Positions 1 through 12,358 of a stretch of 64,000 nucleotides of DNA are shown one piece after another. The DNA is taken from assembly GCA_051942205.1 (NCBI GenBank), contig JAVECO010000070.1, positions 1 through 64,000 on the forward strand. Reading direction: 5' to 3'. The notes beneath the pieces are model-generated. The model had not been told where the DNA came from. It made no database searches and saw only the letters and a list, made by a program, of their open reading frames with translations. The translations under genes were made by a program, and so were the position numbers. This DNA is from Coniocarpon cinnabarinum (taxonomy: Eukaryota). Every line of letters begins with the position of its first letter. Position 1 is the first letter of the stretch.

Positions 1-1037
1 TCCCCGCCATCATATCCATGAGCGGGTTTCCCTGCTGTGGCGGCTTGATCCCAAAATACATCTCCCCCACATGCTGCAACGCGTCATCCCAGCTCCCTTC
101 AGTGGTCTCCATAATCACCTGCTTGTAATGTTGCTGCAACATGCGGAACAGATCTTGACTCCCTCTCTGCACAGCCAGTAATAGTAAGCTCAAGAAATTG
201 AGCAGAGGTAACGAAGGGTATACGCGCGCCTCGGAGACGGAGCTGCTAATCTGCTGCGCGGCGAGCGCTGGGTGTGACGAGGAGAGCTTGGAGGTGAATA
301 GGAGGAAGGCGGTATTGGCTGCGCGGAGGTTGCCGACCAGGAGAAAGGGAAAGAGGGCGCGGGCGAGGTAGAGCGGTGCGGTGTGCGGGTCGTCGGTGCT
401 GTACCAGGTGTACTCGAGGTTCGTGAGGAGAGGAGCGCTGTCACGCGTGCCGAGGGCGAGGTGGCGTTCAGCGTCGTAAGGCTCGCCTTCTGCCCTAAGT
501 CTCAGCGTGCACGCTCTAGTCGAATACTGTCAGAAACGGAGTCGACGCACCTTCAGCGAACAGCTGCCCAGCTACATGATGCAGCTCTGGATCTCCCGCT
601 GGATAATCGCTATATTCTGCACTCCACCCCATCATCTCACTGACGAAGCGTTTCTTGGTCGGTTCGCCGGGCGGGAAGCATCGCAGCAGCGTCAGAAGAC
701 GTCCTTTGCTCTGTGCATCCGATGTGATGGCGCCCTTGTTATAGACATCGATGAGATACAGACCCAAGTCGCCGCCTGAGCCACCTTGACCGGCATTAAG
801 CAGGAGTTGAGCGCCATTGAAGAGCAGGTCAATGGCCGAATCATGGGAGGGTGGGGTGGCCTTGAGGTAGCGAGAAGTAATAACGCGAAGTTGCTGGTGG
901 GCTTCGTAGAACTGGCCTTCAGCGATTCTGGAGAACGCGCGTGATTAGCCGTGCGGATAGTTGCATAGCCGTCGCGGGGCTGTGGAAATGATATACTTTT
1001 GCTTCTGCCGCGCAATCGTCTTCTCTATCTTCGACAT
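1..1037 (-). CDS. GET4: Golgi-to-ER traffic protein 4 (GET pathway), 3' end runs off the window
   Basis: ATG at 1037 gives MSKIEKTIARQKQK. After intron 928-996 it continues IAEGQFYEAHQQLRVITSRYLK. ORF 516-767 has GEPTKKRFV..GDPELHH. After a second intron (~490-550) it reads EGEPYDAERHLALGT. Confidence 0.92.
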
Positions 1038-1175
1038 TGTTTTTGCTGCGTGAAGTTGATGCTACGAGATGCTGGACTACATGCATGGGCCCTGGAGTGG
1101 GGCCTAGATCTTCAATTGCTCATTTCAGATTCGATGGGGCAAAAAAAGATTGGAGGGCTGGTCACTCAAGAGGGC

Positions 1176-1180
1176 AAAAA
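1176..1180 (-). terminator. Pol III terminator (T5) downstream of tRNA-Gly
   Basis: TTTTT on the minus strand ~20 nt after discriminator A (1200). It is the first T-run of 4 or more downstream of the tRNA 5' end. Confidence 0.6.
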
Positions 1181-1199
1181 GTGAAGCTAACAATTCATG

Positions 1200-1364
1200 T
1201 GCATCCGCCCTTCTAGTATGTTAGTGACTGGCTTATATATACACATGGAATGCGATGGGAGGACTCACGGGAATCGAACCCGGGTCTCAGGTATCTTCCA
1301 CAGCTTGCTGCAGCCAAGGAGGTTTGCTTGGGAAACCTGAAGTCTACCACTAGCCTACGAATGC
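1200..1364 (-). tRNA. tRNA-Gly(CCC) with two introns: canonical 37/38 intron (1294-1328) and spliceosomal-type intron in the T-stem (1210-1268)
   Basis: Spliced sequence: GCATTCG TA GGCT AGTGGTA GACT T CAGGT TT CCC A^T ACCTG AGAC CCGGG TTCGATT CCC^GG CGGATGC A. Acceptor stem 7/7 (one GU), anticodon stem 5/5, T-stem 5/5, A73, intact A/B boxes. The D-stem is weak (one C-A mismatch). The 35-nt intron gives the U32:A anticodon-intron pair. Confidence 0.88.
1210..1268 (-). other. 59-nt spliceosomal-type (U2) intron inside the tRNA-Gly T-stem
   Basis: Donor GTGAGT (1268-1263), branch CACTAAC (1226-1220), 3' end TAGAAG (1215-1210). Length and signals match mRNA introns elsewhere in this window. Confidence 0.8.
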
Positions 1365-1704
1365 GATTGGTCGAAACAAAGCTTGTGTATCAAATTGCAA
1401 TCTATATTGTACGTGATTAAAGCCGCGACTTCTCGTGCAACAACTACGAGAATGTGAGTGGGAGGCACACTCTGGGACTCAGTCACGCATGGCAAGCATT
1501 TCGGTCCGTGTATAGGCTTACAGCAGTCTCAATGAGTATTGCGGAAAAGCGCACACAAGTCGCATAACTAGATACAGTCGAGGGTCACAGAGAGAATGAG
1601 AAAGGAAGCTTAGTCATAGGGACACTTGGCTAATTAGGTTAAATCGTTTCGTGCTCGTGGTAGTCGTTGTCACTTAGAGAAATGAGAAGTACGGCCAGAG
1701 ACAT

Positions 1705-2296
1705 TCAAGTCATGAGTTCATCTCTCATCTTCAGGTAATCAACCCGGTGCTGATTGACATCTGTCTCCTCTCCACGGTTGAGCGGCGTCCATTTCGGCTC
1801 GTCCTTGAAGAGTCTCATGGCCACTGTGTACTGGAGATGGTCAGCAGGAATGGGATTCTGAAGATACATCGCCGTCCGCGAGGCAGGTGCTCACGTTGTT
1901 CATGTCTGGCGTGAACCTGTGGTAAATGCCAGGCGGCATGATCATGAGATCGTTTGGAGCAAAGTGTAAGCGGACCCAATCATCATCTTTGTTGCGCACA
2001 TCAAAGTAGCCACTGCCGTCCAGAATGTACCGAATTTCCTCGTCCTCATGAAGATGCTCGTGGAAAAACATTTTCACTTTGTCTTCGTAGGCATCACCCA
2101 TCTTCTCAGGTGAGATAGTGATTTCATCGCGGTTCTTGTAGTTGCGCTCCTCTGCGATCTTGTCCACATCAGAGATGTTGGGGCACGTATAGTATTTGAT
2201 GCCAAGGCGAGCAAGATCATCCAGGGTGGCTTCGCGACCAGAATCGTGGAGCTCGCGCTGATCACCAGGCAGGTTGTCGAACCAATATGCGCGCAT
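1705..2296 (-). CDS. ADI1: Acireductone dioxygenase (methionine salvage)
   Basis: [25 protein letters not shown] and PPGIYHRFT motifs. After an intron (~1831-1895) the last exon reads [23 protein letters not shown]. Confidence 0.95.
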
Positions 2297-2842
2297 GTTT
2301 GCGAGTGTCTAATGTGGGGTCAAGGTTGATGCAAAAGATTCCGATATTGCGGCTCGGATGGGTTCTTGTAAGCTGCGGAGGCCGCACTGGGCTGCTATGC
2401 AGAGGTAATTCCAGAGGTTGGGGCCAAAATGACGTGGAAAGGCGTGGGGGCGCCCATTAGAAATCAGGCACCGCCAGCCGAGACAATTCTGAGATGTGAT
2501 TCGACGCAAGAGGCGTCGCCAACGCAGTAACCTGTGCGAGCTCGTAACTTTATCACGAATCTGACAGTCTAGTCAGGCTGCCCACAGCCGCTGGTGGCAA
2601 CATTTGCCTGATACGCGATGGGGTAATCAATATGTTACGTGGTCGAAGCCGCAGCGTGGGTGAGAGCAAGAGCCTCATGGGAAATCTACTCGCCGCAGTG
2701 TGTGTAAATCTGCGTCTCGTGAGCTGTAAAGGGACTTCGCCGTCATCATAATGGCCTTGTGACCCGAATCGCTCTTATCGTACAAGCGCATCGCCTGCCA
2801 GAGACCGGATTCCGGCAACGAAAGAGGGGTTAGACGATGGCA

Positions 2843-3538
2843 TCAATCCCAGTCGTCTTCATCGATTGAATCTTCTTGGACAATGGACGACTTCGACTGA
2901 ACCTTCAAGGACGGTTCTCTAAGAAGCACAGGCCTCGAAAGAACACCAGCGTGGAGCAATCTGGCTTCAAGATCTGGCGTGCCAAAGCTGTCAGAACCTG
3001 TCCCCAGTCCGTCGAATCCAACGATGCGGTCTTTTCCGACCCCGTCGATGAATGCAAGTACGCATGGCAGCACTTGAACTTTCAACTTCGTGACCAGGAA
3101 AGCGGCATTGCTGACATTGATCCGAACAAATCGAGTCTCGTTGTGAAGTGGCGCTAGCGTCTGCGAAGCTTGTTAGATGCGTCAAGCGCGTTGAAACTCA
3201 TGGAACAACTTCACCTCTAGATGACCGTCCATAATCCGACATCTGTTGAAATCTGGCTTCCAAAAGTGTACGACACAGTATTTGGTCGACGTAGTGATGT
3301 CCATCAACTCCTTCTCATCTTTGATTTCAACATAAGAGCCATGTCCGCTACTGCGAAACTCCTTTTGCTTCCGCCACTCTTTCTGTAGAGTCTCCATGCG
3401 TTGCTCGCGAAACGACTCGAGCTCAGAGTCATTCTCTAACTCGTCAAATAGTGTGTCTTCAGCCTCATCATCCGGACGGCCAGATGCATTGACTTTGTCG
3501 ATCGCGCTCGCAACGTGCTCGTCTAGTCTGCCTGCCAT
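2843..3538 (-). CDS. Phosducin-like / thioredoxin-fold protein (PLP1/TXNDC9 type)
   Basis: FREQRMETL..GHGSYVEI..CVVHFWKPDFNRCRIMDGHLE, intron 3161-3214, then TLAPLHNETRFVRINV..FLVTKLKVQVLPCVLAFIDG..IVGFDGLG. Confidence 0.9.
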
Positions 3539-4472
3539 GATGAGTCGGACGAAGTGAAATGCGCGGTTGACTCGCTATCACGTCTCCAGCGAATCGCAAC
3601 CCAGCCTGACCTGAACTCGGCAACTGCTGCGCGCGTTCTGAAGCTATTGCGGGTAATCGGCGCAGATTCCCAATATCTCAACGTCTTTTAGGGCGTTGCT
3701 AAATTAAGGCGGCCACAAATTTTTAGCTGCAGCTGCAAGGTGCGAACAGGGGTTCAATGGCAAATGAGATGTGGGCAGAGTCAATCAAGTGCAATTCCCC
3801 GACTGCCGTAGCCTTGTGCCCTGTGATATGACGAGCACCAAGCCGTCACGCTGTCCAAGAACGAAAGCGATACAGTTGGCATTTGCGAGAGGACCCGTCA
3901 AAGTGATGTTTCACTATCTGGCAACTGCCGATTGGCAGTACCTATATCTACCCTAAGAAACGCTTGCGCTCTCTTTTGACCCCCGGAAAAGCGATGAGTG
4001 GCTCCTTCGGTGCGACGGACCCGTTTTTGAACAGCCTGCCACACAGACTCGTACAGGGGAACCGATATCGTGCCCGTGGGTTTTGGCTTTGTCGACCCAC
4101 TTGAGGTACCTTGCTCTCTGCTCACGTTACCTCGAAGCTTGCAGCATTGCCAAGACTTTCAATCTGGGCGTGAAGAGACCCTCAACCTGCGCTGCCTTTT
4201 TTTCTTACCATCCCAACTGCTCACTTGATTCTATCTACTGGCGCAAGCCCATACTCAGGTTGGTCTCTCTAACATCCCATTCTGTACGCTCGTTTTGGCC
4301 CTGTCTTTGTTGTACCTATATTCTCCTCACTACGTACCGAACCCCGTCACACCCTAAAACTCCGCAATCGCATTGTCCAGGTACACAGGCCTCGGCCCAA
4401 CATACTATACAACCCTTCTGAATGCGCACACGCTCCGCTCGACAGTGAACAGATATCGCACCATCAATCGCC

Positions 4473-5703
4473 ATGTCCGACGAGAAGAAGAGCGCCGAGA
4501 AGTTGGAGAATGGCTTCGCTGAGAAGCCTCGCGCCCTCTCACCAGCACCACCACGCACACCCTCAGCTATCTCCAATGCCACCAATCAACCCATTTTCCC
4601 CGTCCTCTCTTACTGCGGCTCCTCTATCCTCATGACCGTGACGAACAAATATGTCCTCAGTGGGCGGAATTTCAACCTCAACTTCTTCTTGCTCTGCGTC
4701 CAGGTATATCTATCTACCACCACCTTTCCAGGCCCCTCTATAAATAATTAATGCTGACAACGTCCTCTCCTAGTCCGTTGTCTGCATCACCGCCATCACG
4801 GCAGCAAAGTCCTTCAACCTCATCACGTTCCGCGACTTCAACACCGACGAAGCCCGAAAATGGTTTCCCATCTCTGTGCTCCTCATCGGCATGATCTACA
4901 CCTCCACCAAAGCCCTCCAGTTCCTTACGATCCCCGTATACACCATTTTCAAGAACCTGACCATCATTCTGATCGCATACGGCGAAGTGCTCTGGTTTGG
5001 TGGCTCCGTCACGGGCATGGCCCTCTTCTCCTTCGGCCTCATGGTCCTGTCCTCTGTCATCGCAGCATGGGCCGACATCCAAGCCGCTCTCGACTCCGTA
5101 GGCGGCGGTAAGAGCGCCACACAATCAGCAGAGGCATCCGATAAGATCTCAACATTGAACGCTGGATACGTCTGGATGCTGCTGAATTGCTTCTGCTCCG
5201 CGACATACGTGCTCGGTATGCGCAAACGCATCAAGCTCACTAACTTCAAAGATCTCGACACCATGTTCTATAACAATCTGCTTTCCATTCCGATTCTAAT
5301 CATATGCAGTCTGTGTCTCGAAAACTGGAGCAGCGCCAATCTCCAGCTCAACTTCCCAGAAGGTGAACGCAACCCACTCATTGCGTCCATGATCCTGTCG
5401 GGCCTCTCGGGTCTCTTCATCAGCTACACAAGTGCGTGGTGTGTGCGTGTCACGACTTCGACGACATACAGCATGGTAGGCGCACTGAACAAGCTACCAA
5501 TTGCACTATCTGGCCTCGTCTTCTTCGACGCACCCGTCACATTCGGCAGTGTCGGTGCTATACTCGTCGGCTTCATCAGCGGCATCGTCTACGCCGTCGC
5601 CAAGATCCGACAAGGCAAATCCGCACCCAAAAGCGTGCTGCCAACAAGCGCGCCCATTACAAGTGCAAGCAGTCAAAGCATGCGAGACAGTCTCAAGTCG
5701 TAG
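4473..5703 (+). CDS. VRG4: Golgi GDP-mannose transporter
   Basis: [18 protein letters not shown], intron 4704-4773, [16 protein letters not shown], and the GALNK signature ([11 protein letters not shown]). Confidence 0.95.
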
Positions 5704-6553
5704 ACATCTCCCAAAGAGTGCCAGTAGAACGGAAATGAATGCTGCGTTTTGAGCGGTGAGAAACGAGTGACGGGCGATATAAGGCATGAAACAGGCGCGA
5801 CGAAAAACGGCGTTACGTGTGAAAGAGAAAGCACATCTCGGCTGCTGGATGTGAGATTACAGTGGGGGTTTGGGGAAGGGATAGAGTCTGGCAAGCACCG
5901 AAGATTCGTGTCAACATATTAGCATCGAGATAAGAAATGAATGCAAATAATCAAAAACTTACTGAAGAAGACCTAAGAGAGCGAGCTTACGAGGTTTTTA
6001 CAGCTCGCATTTAATTCAATTCAACTCAACTCAAAGAGGAAAAAAAAAGCACAATCACAGTCGATCGACTGCGCGAGGAGAGGACAAGAAGACAGAATCT
6101 ATCGTTTAGAAAATTCAATACCAATAGTGGACCTCGTGTGCCCCGTCTGCCACCCTGAGGCGATCGCATGTTGCGCCGTATGAAACGCCTTTAATGTTTG
6201 CTTTCTGCGCTCGATAAACTCACCTGCGCCGGCAGTCATTCAGACTATGAAGTACGCACTACTTGGATGCACGAGGATGCGAAGCCAGAGTTTGGGGGAA
6301 CGTGATTAATTCATGCTACATAGTCTCAGGATGATGCGCCGATTGCCACGTTGGACTTACGCTACAGGAGCAGCCCTAGCGCGAGGCCATGCAAGGCGGA
6401 TTGCGCTCCGCGAGAAGAGATGATGAAAGCTGGAATCTCAGCTTGTTCGCCGCGTAATCATGAACTCGTTGCCACTCGTCCGTCTCCCCGAATTCAACAC
6501 CACCGAGACCACTGTTCTCATTATACCGACCATGAATGCGGATCATGCACCAT

Positions 6554-7157
6554 CTAGCGGTCTTCGGCCCACTCATTCTCACGGCGAATCTGCTCCTCTT
6601 CTTCCGGGGTGAAGTCATTCTGAATGTTGAAGGTCTTGCGGATTTCCTCCGGGCTCTTACCCTTGATCATGTTGGCGACAGTCTTGCAGCCGATGTCGAG
6701 GAGGGCCTTGATGTCGAGGTAGTTGGCAGCGAGGATAATCTCGAAGAGCATCTCTTGATCGACCTGCATGAACTTCTGGTCCCACTCGTCGATGTCCGTC
6801 GATTTACGACGGGTAGACGCGGCAACGGAGTCGGAGGCTTGAGCGCTGGGATCATCCAAGGGATCATTGCGGTGGTGTTGGCACCACTCAAGGACCTTGC
6901 GGAGGACGACTTCGTTGACGTTGGGGACGGGGATGTCCTGGTCAGGCGTGCCCTCAGTGCCAAAATCCTCCAACATGTTCTTGATCAAAGCCGAGCGCTC
7001 CGTAATCTGACGATCTGGAGGCGGGAGGTCAGCATATTCTTTCTGAGGCTAACGCATAAGCAGCAGATTGGTGAACCTTACCAAGTGTGATCTTTGCATC
7101 GTCGTTGGAGACAAGAGTGACGTGGGGAACGCCAGGAGTTGGTGGTTCGAGAGACAT
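6554..7157 (-). CDS. SKP1: SCF ubiquitin ligase subunit Skp1 (SconC)
   Basis: ATG 7157, intron 7015-7081. [61 protein letters not shown]. Confidence 0.97.
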
Positions 7158-10100
7158 GATGTAGGATGTTTGATTGTTTTCGATATGGCAGCTGAGGAGT
7201 TAATGGTGTTGTTGGTATTAGAATTGGTGTAGTAGTATGTAGATGGAGTGCAAGAGTTTTTGGGGGGTTGTGTGAGTGAGTTAAAGAAGCAAGATTGTTG
7301 AGAGGCGGTGTTTAAAAACAGGCGTGACGCAAGGTGAAGGTCAGAACAGTGTCGAACCGATTAGCGTAGGCAGCTCTACGAAAGAGTCCTGCGAACAGAT
7401 GTCAAAGCGCAGTTCTGCCTCGAAGCAGGTGCCAGTTGGCAAGTCGGGTGTCCCCACGCGGGGCTAAACAAGGCAAGTGCCGGCACGCGCGCGTCTTGAG
7501 CGGATTTGATTCGTATCGTTGGGTGGCTCAGCGCGATCAACGCAAACGCTGCAAAGGAGCGTTCGTGGTGGTGACGTGAGCGTGTCGACACTGTGAGGGG
7601 CAGTGAAATCGATGTGCAGGTGGCGACGAACTACGTTCCCGGTTAAGTGACTACAAAATTCTTTGTTCAGCGGTGTGCAGGCAAAGAAGGCTGCGTTTGC
7701 GGCGGCTAACTGCATGGATAAGGACTAGTGCATTCTGCCGTACCCACTATCTCGATAGAGTAATAATTGTGCGTCTCGATGGCCCCGAGCACGCGAGACA
7801 CTGCACTTCATCTCAATGCCAGTTGAACCTGATTCTTTTGCAGCATCTGCAATACCTCTCTCAACATCCTTATTCATCGCAGGCTGAGGCTTGCTGGCAC
7901 TACAGATTAGTTATACTACTAAAAAGGCGAGGGTCTTGGGCCAAGCTCGTTGCCGGATTTCAGTATCCGCAGCGAGCTTCTGCGTTAAAGGAGATTCTCA
8001 TTTACAGAGCTATGGGGGTGATGGCGAAAGCACTCTGGACCCTTCAGAGCGCTAGATTTGGGTGCGGCAAGTACTTTCATTCGAAGCTTTTGCGAGGAGG
8101 ATCATTGAGTGCTTGTTCTAACGTGCGTGGTATTGCCACGTCTTTTCCAGCTTGGGCTCAGGAAATGTTACCTGTGCGTAAAGTTGACTTCAAGAGCCTC
8201 AGATTGGCACTCGTCGTGTTTAGTCATATGGCAAGTAGAAAGAAACTTCAATACGATGCGGGTACATAGGTGCTATTCACTCAGAATTAAACCTCCTTTT
8301 GCTGCCTTCAATCATTCTAAGCTGCTCTGTTACTTGTTCTAGCTTCATCAAAAGGCGAGCAATTTGTCTTTGTGCGTTTGACATCTGCTTGCAAGAACGG
8401 ATATAACACGGAGTGTGCGCAGATATCTTGCTCGTCTCCTGATCTGGGCTGGACGAACTGTCAAAGCAATATCAGGTGATGTTTGAGCTTGATCACTGCC
8501 CTCTATCGTGGAAGCTACCAGCCCGCAGCATCGAGATCACACTGAATATTTGTGACGGACTATGACGAGCAAGAGTGCTTGGCGTTGATATTCGTCTCGG
8601 ATTCGCGCGGCAGGTGCAGGCAAACACCCAAGGCATCGTCGATCGCCCGCGCAATAATCAGCGTCACCGAAGCCCTCAATCCAGCGCGCGTGACTCATAG
8701 CTCGACCTATAATATTGTGGCAGTTAAGGTCGGAAGATGGAGGTCGGGTTTGTTTCACTTTAAGGTGTACATCCCACAGAAGCCCGGCATCGCCACTTTG
8801 CCTGGTCTACACCTTCAGGTCCCACCGTTTCTCCAGTGAGCATTAAATCCCCCGCTTGTGACGCTGCGGGGTAGACCAATATATAAGTCTCGCCCTCCCT
8901 CTCTTCCTTCCTCTTTTTTTTCTCACTCAACTTTCTCGTCCTTCACCAGTCCTTGGCCAAGCCTCACTTTCTCTCAAACCCACAAGAGCCCTCACATCAC
9001 ATTGAATCAAGAGGAGCACAGTCATTTTAATTCTTCATCTTGCACCAATGCACACCATCATCAATACCTTCTTCGTCATGACTGCCACCAGCAGTACCAC
9101 AATTACCACCAACGCAAGCATGTCATCAACTTTCCACAACGACATCTCGGCAACGTGAATCCACACAAGCCACGATCACTTCACCACGCTTGCATCAACA
9201 CAAACCCCAGGTAGCAGCAAAGCTCATCACCACGTGCACTCGGCCCAAGCCCCGGAGGTTTAGTCCTTCGAGGACGTTTGCCTCCTTGATCTCGGTCTTG
9301 GAGGTGGCGATGATGGGACTTGGACTGAGCTGCCCAAACGACCGTCGGCAAACGGACCGTTGACGACGGTGGTGGGAACAATGCCAGGCGTTGAGATGTC
9401 TGTCTCCGGCTGGGAGGGGGTCACTATGGGGATCAACGAACTTTACTGCCACACTACTATCCGGTTGCCGCCGGTCTCCAGGTGGCGTTGGGCCTTTAGT
9501 GGTTAGGCGTTGGCTCTAGAACATAAACTGTACCCCTCCCGTCTAGCACGGAGCTCTCGTCGACGCGTCTGGTCATTCTCTGCTGCCTGGGGTTTCACGA
9601 CTCACTCCTCAACAGCAGCACATGTCACCTTCATCTGCATTTGATCGCAAGCCGGCACTCGGTCGCGCACAAATCAAGCATGACAAGTTTGTATGCTGTC
9701 CTGTCCGTCATCGTTTCACTAATATCTCCCAGCTTCATTATCACACGCAAACGGATCGCCCCATCATTGGGCCACAACTACGCCCACGATCATGTCTACT
9801 ATCTCAGACCGATCTCGTTGTCATCGCGCTACAACCCTAAGCATGTCCGCTATCAATGCCGTCTGAACGCCGAGCAATTCAACGATCATCAGTGCTGCTG
9901 TTGAGGGAGCTGGAGGACGAGGGAAGGATGGGAGGACAGGTAGATGGGCACTTCAGAGGGCTGTGACGGATTGCGGGCTGGAGGCATTGTTGCTAGTGGG
10001 ACTGACTGGATGTGGTGGTCGCGAAAGGGGCTGTCAATTTATGGAGGTCATGTCACCAGCTTTGAAATCATTGTGGAGAGGTCGCTATCGTCGGACCCTT

Positions 10101-10603
10101 GAGCCAGAATTTACCAACTTTCTACTACGAGTTGACATATCGTACAGAATCACATCGAAACCAAGTTCGTCCAAGGTCCTCAGCTTCTTGCGCCATCAAC
10201 ACATGCTCGTTCTCACATATGTGACTGTATTTAGTTTAGCGCATGCTGCTTAGCTTCTAGGGTGATATGACTCGCAAACGTTTCACGCTGTAGGATTGCG
10301 CCAAGCCCTGCCTTGCGTTGTTGACACGTTTCTCCATCCGGCATCGCTACGTCTATGCACGTCGTCATGCGTGCATTCTTGCTGGACTTCGATGAGCAAA
10401 CATGACCATGAATCTCAAAAGTTAACAGATAGTTCACAAGATGACGAGTCAAGACTTCTATCGTGCAACAAACGCGTGACATAGCGCTCATCATCTGACC
10501 CCCTGGCCAACGGCCATTCTCACCTCCTCCAGTATATTGGAACAATCTGTTATTAATGGTCAAGTCCGACATGTAGTATCTGCGATCACTCAATCTCATA
10601 AAA

Positions 10604-12262
10604 ATGTGGCGGCGAGCCTATCTACTTCTGACGCTCCTTCGACTTTACTTTGCGCTTTGTCCCAGCTATCTCCACCCCGATGAAAACTTTCAAGGACCAG
10701 AAGTCATCGCTGGTAAGTTGGTCAAGGCTATGACTACTAGACGAGATAATTGATGCCTGTCAGGACACGTCTTCGGATATCCTGTCCACAAGACTTGGGA
10801 ATTCACGTCCGAGCAGCCCATCCGGAGCTCATTCCCATTATGGATCTCCTATGGGTTTCCAATGACAGTTCTGAAGTGGATATGGGAAGGTCTGCATTAT
10901 GGCCAAGTGCGACCTTCGGTTGTTTTCTGGACACTCAGGCTTATGATGTTCGCGTTGAGCTTCGTGCTGGAAGACTGGGCCATTCATGATCTGATTGACA
11001 ACCCACGTCAACGCCAGCAAGCTATGCTTCTCGTCGCGTCCAGCTACGTCACGTGGACCTGGCAGAGCCATACATTTTCAAACTCTTGCGAGACTCTCGT
11101 CGTCCTCTGGAGCCTGGTGCTGATCCAGAGACTGCGCGAGCACCACAAGGCTGAGCGTTCAAGGCTGCCTCAGCGCAGGCTCCGTGCCTACAGTATTCAG
11201 GTAACGCGACCTTCACTGTACAATCCAGCTATCCTAGCCATTCTTCTTGTCTACGGCACTTTTAATCGCATCACCTTCCCAGCCTTCGTATTCATTCCCT
11301 TCTTGTCGGTCATTCCCGCAATCCTCGAACGCCAAGGTTATATTATCGTATTCACAATCTCTGCAATTGCTACCGGCCTCCTCGCAGTATTGTCAGATAC
11401 TGAGTTCTACGCAAATCCCGCCCCCTCATTTCTGGAAGCACTTCGAGACCCTATCATCACGCCCCTCAACAACCTGCGTTACAACTCTCAGGCTAAGAAC
11501 CTGAAACAACACGGAGTTCATCCATTCTATCAGCACTATCTAGTTAATTTACCGCAACTTCTCGGTCCAGTGTTACTTATTTTTTGCGTCCAATCCGTAC
11601 CGCGACGCCGCTTCTGGAGCAATCTCACACTTTCAGCACAGGCCGCTCTGTCAGGCACAACTATTCTCTCCCTTATATCACATCAAGAGGCACGATTCCT
11701 CATGCCCGCCGTACCCTTAATACTTTCGACTATTGAACTACCCACCAAGCGAAACTTTTTCCGAATGTTCACTGCAGTCTGGATCATCTTCAACTTGATT
11801 TTCGGTCTTCTGATGGGCATTTATCACCAAGCAGGCGTGTATCCAGCACAGATATGGATTGAAGCACAAACCCCTGATGTCATTCCCACTAATGCCAATG
11901 TCTTCTGGTGGAAGACATACAGCCCTCCCACATGGCTTCTCGACGGGCGTAACAATGAGCTCAGCACAATCGATCTGATGGGTTTGCCTCAAGATCAATT
12001 GCAGACTCGAGTGTGCGATAAAGCCATCGAGGGTCCACGGATGCTAGTTGCTCCGCGCTCAGCTGCGTATTTGGATCAATTTCTGCCGGCAAGCGCGCAC
12101 TTGGAGGGTTCCTCTGACCGCATGTTACTCGAGCAAGAGCTTTGGAGCATTCGCACACATCTCAATCTCGATGATTTAGACTTTGGCGATGACGGGATCT
12201 GGCCAACCTTTAAACGGGTATTAGGGCGGCGGGGACTGGTCATTTGGAACGTGACGTGCTAA
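10604..12262 (+). CDS. SMP3: GPI mannosyltransferase 4 (PIG-Z/Smp3, GT22)
   Basis: Exon 1 [25 protein letters not shown], intron 10713-10763, then [45 protein letters not shown]. Confidence 0.9.
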
Positions 12263-12358
12263 AGTTGGGTTTGGCGTTTACGTTTTTCCAAAGATACCCT
12301 GTATTCATTGTTGTACGATTTGGCGGGCTGCAAAATTTGTATACTACTGATAGAGGCA

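Noticed and set aside
1329..1340. Alternative anticodon register TCC (also Gly)
   Set aside because: It would place C at position 37 and leave a 3-nt variable loop. CCC gives A37 and the usual 4-nt loop.
1261..1364. Reading the tRNA as an unspliced gene ending ..CCCG-TGAGTCC
   Set aside because: This leaves a 4-bp T-stem, a C2-C71 mismatch, two GU pairs and U73. The downstream GGCGGATGCA block gives a complete T-stem, acceptor stem and A73, so the spliced model fits much better.
7673..8269. 198-aa ORF in the SKP1 upstream region
   Set aside because: GTG start, no recognisable motif, and composition typical of a chance ORF.
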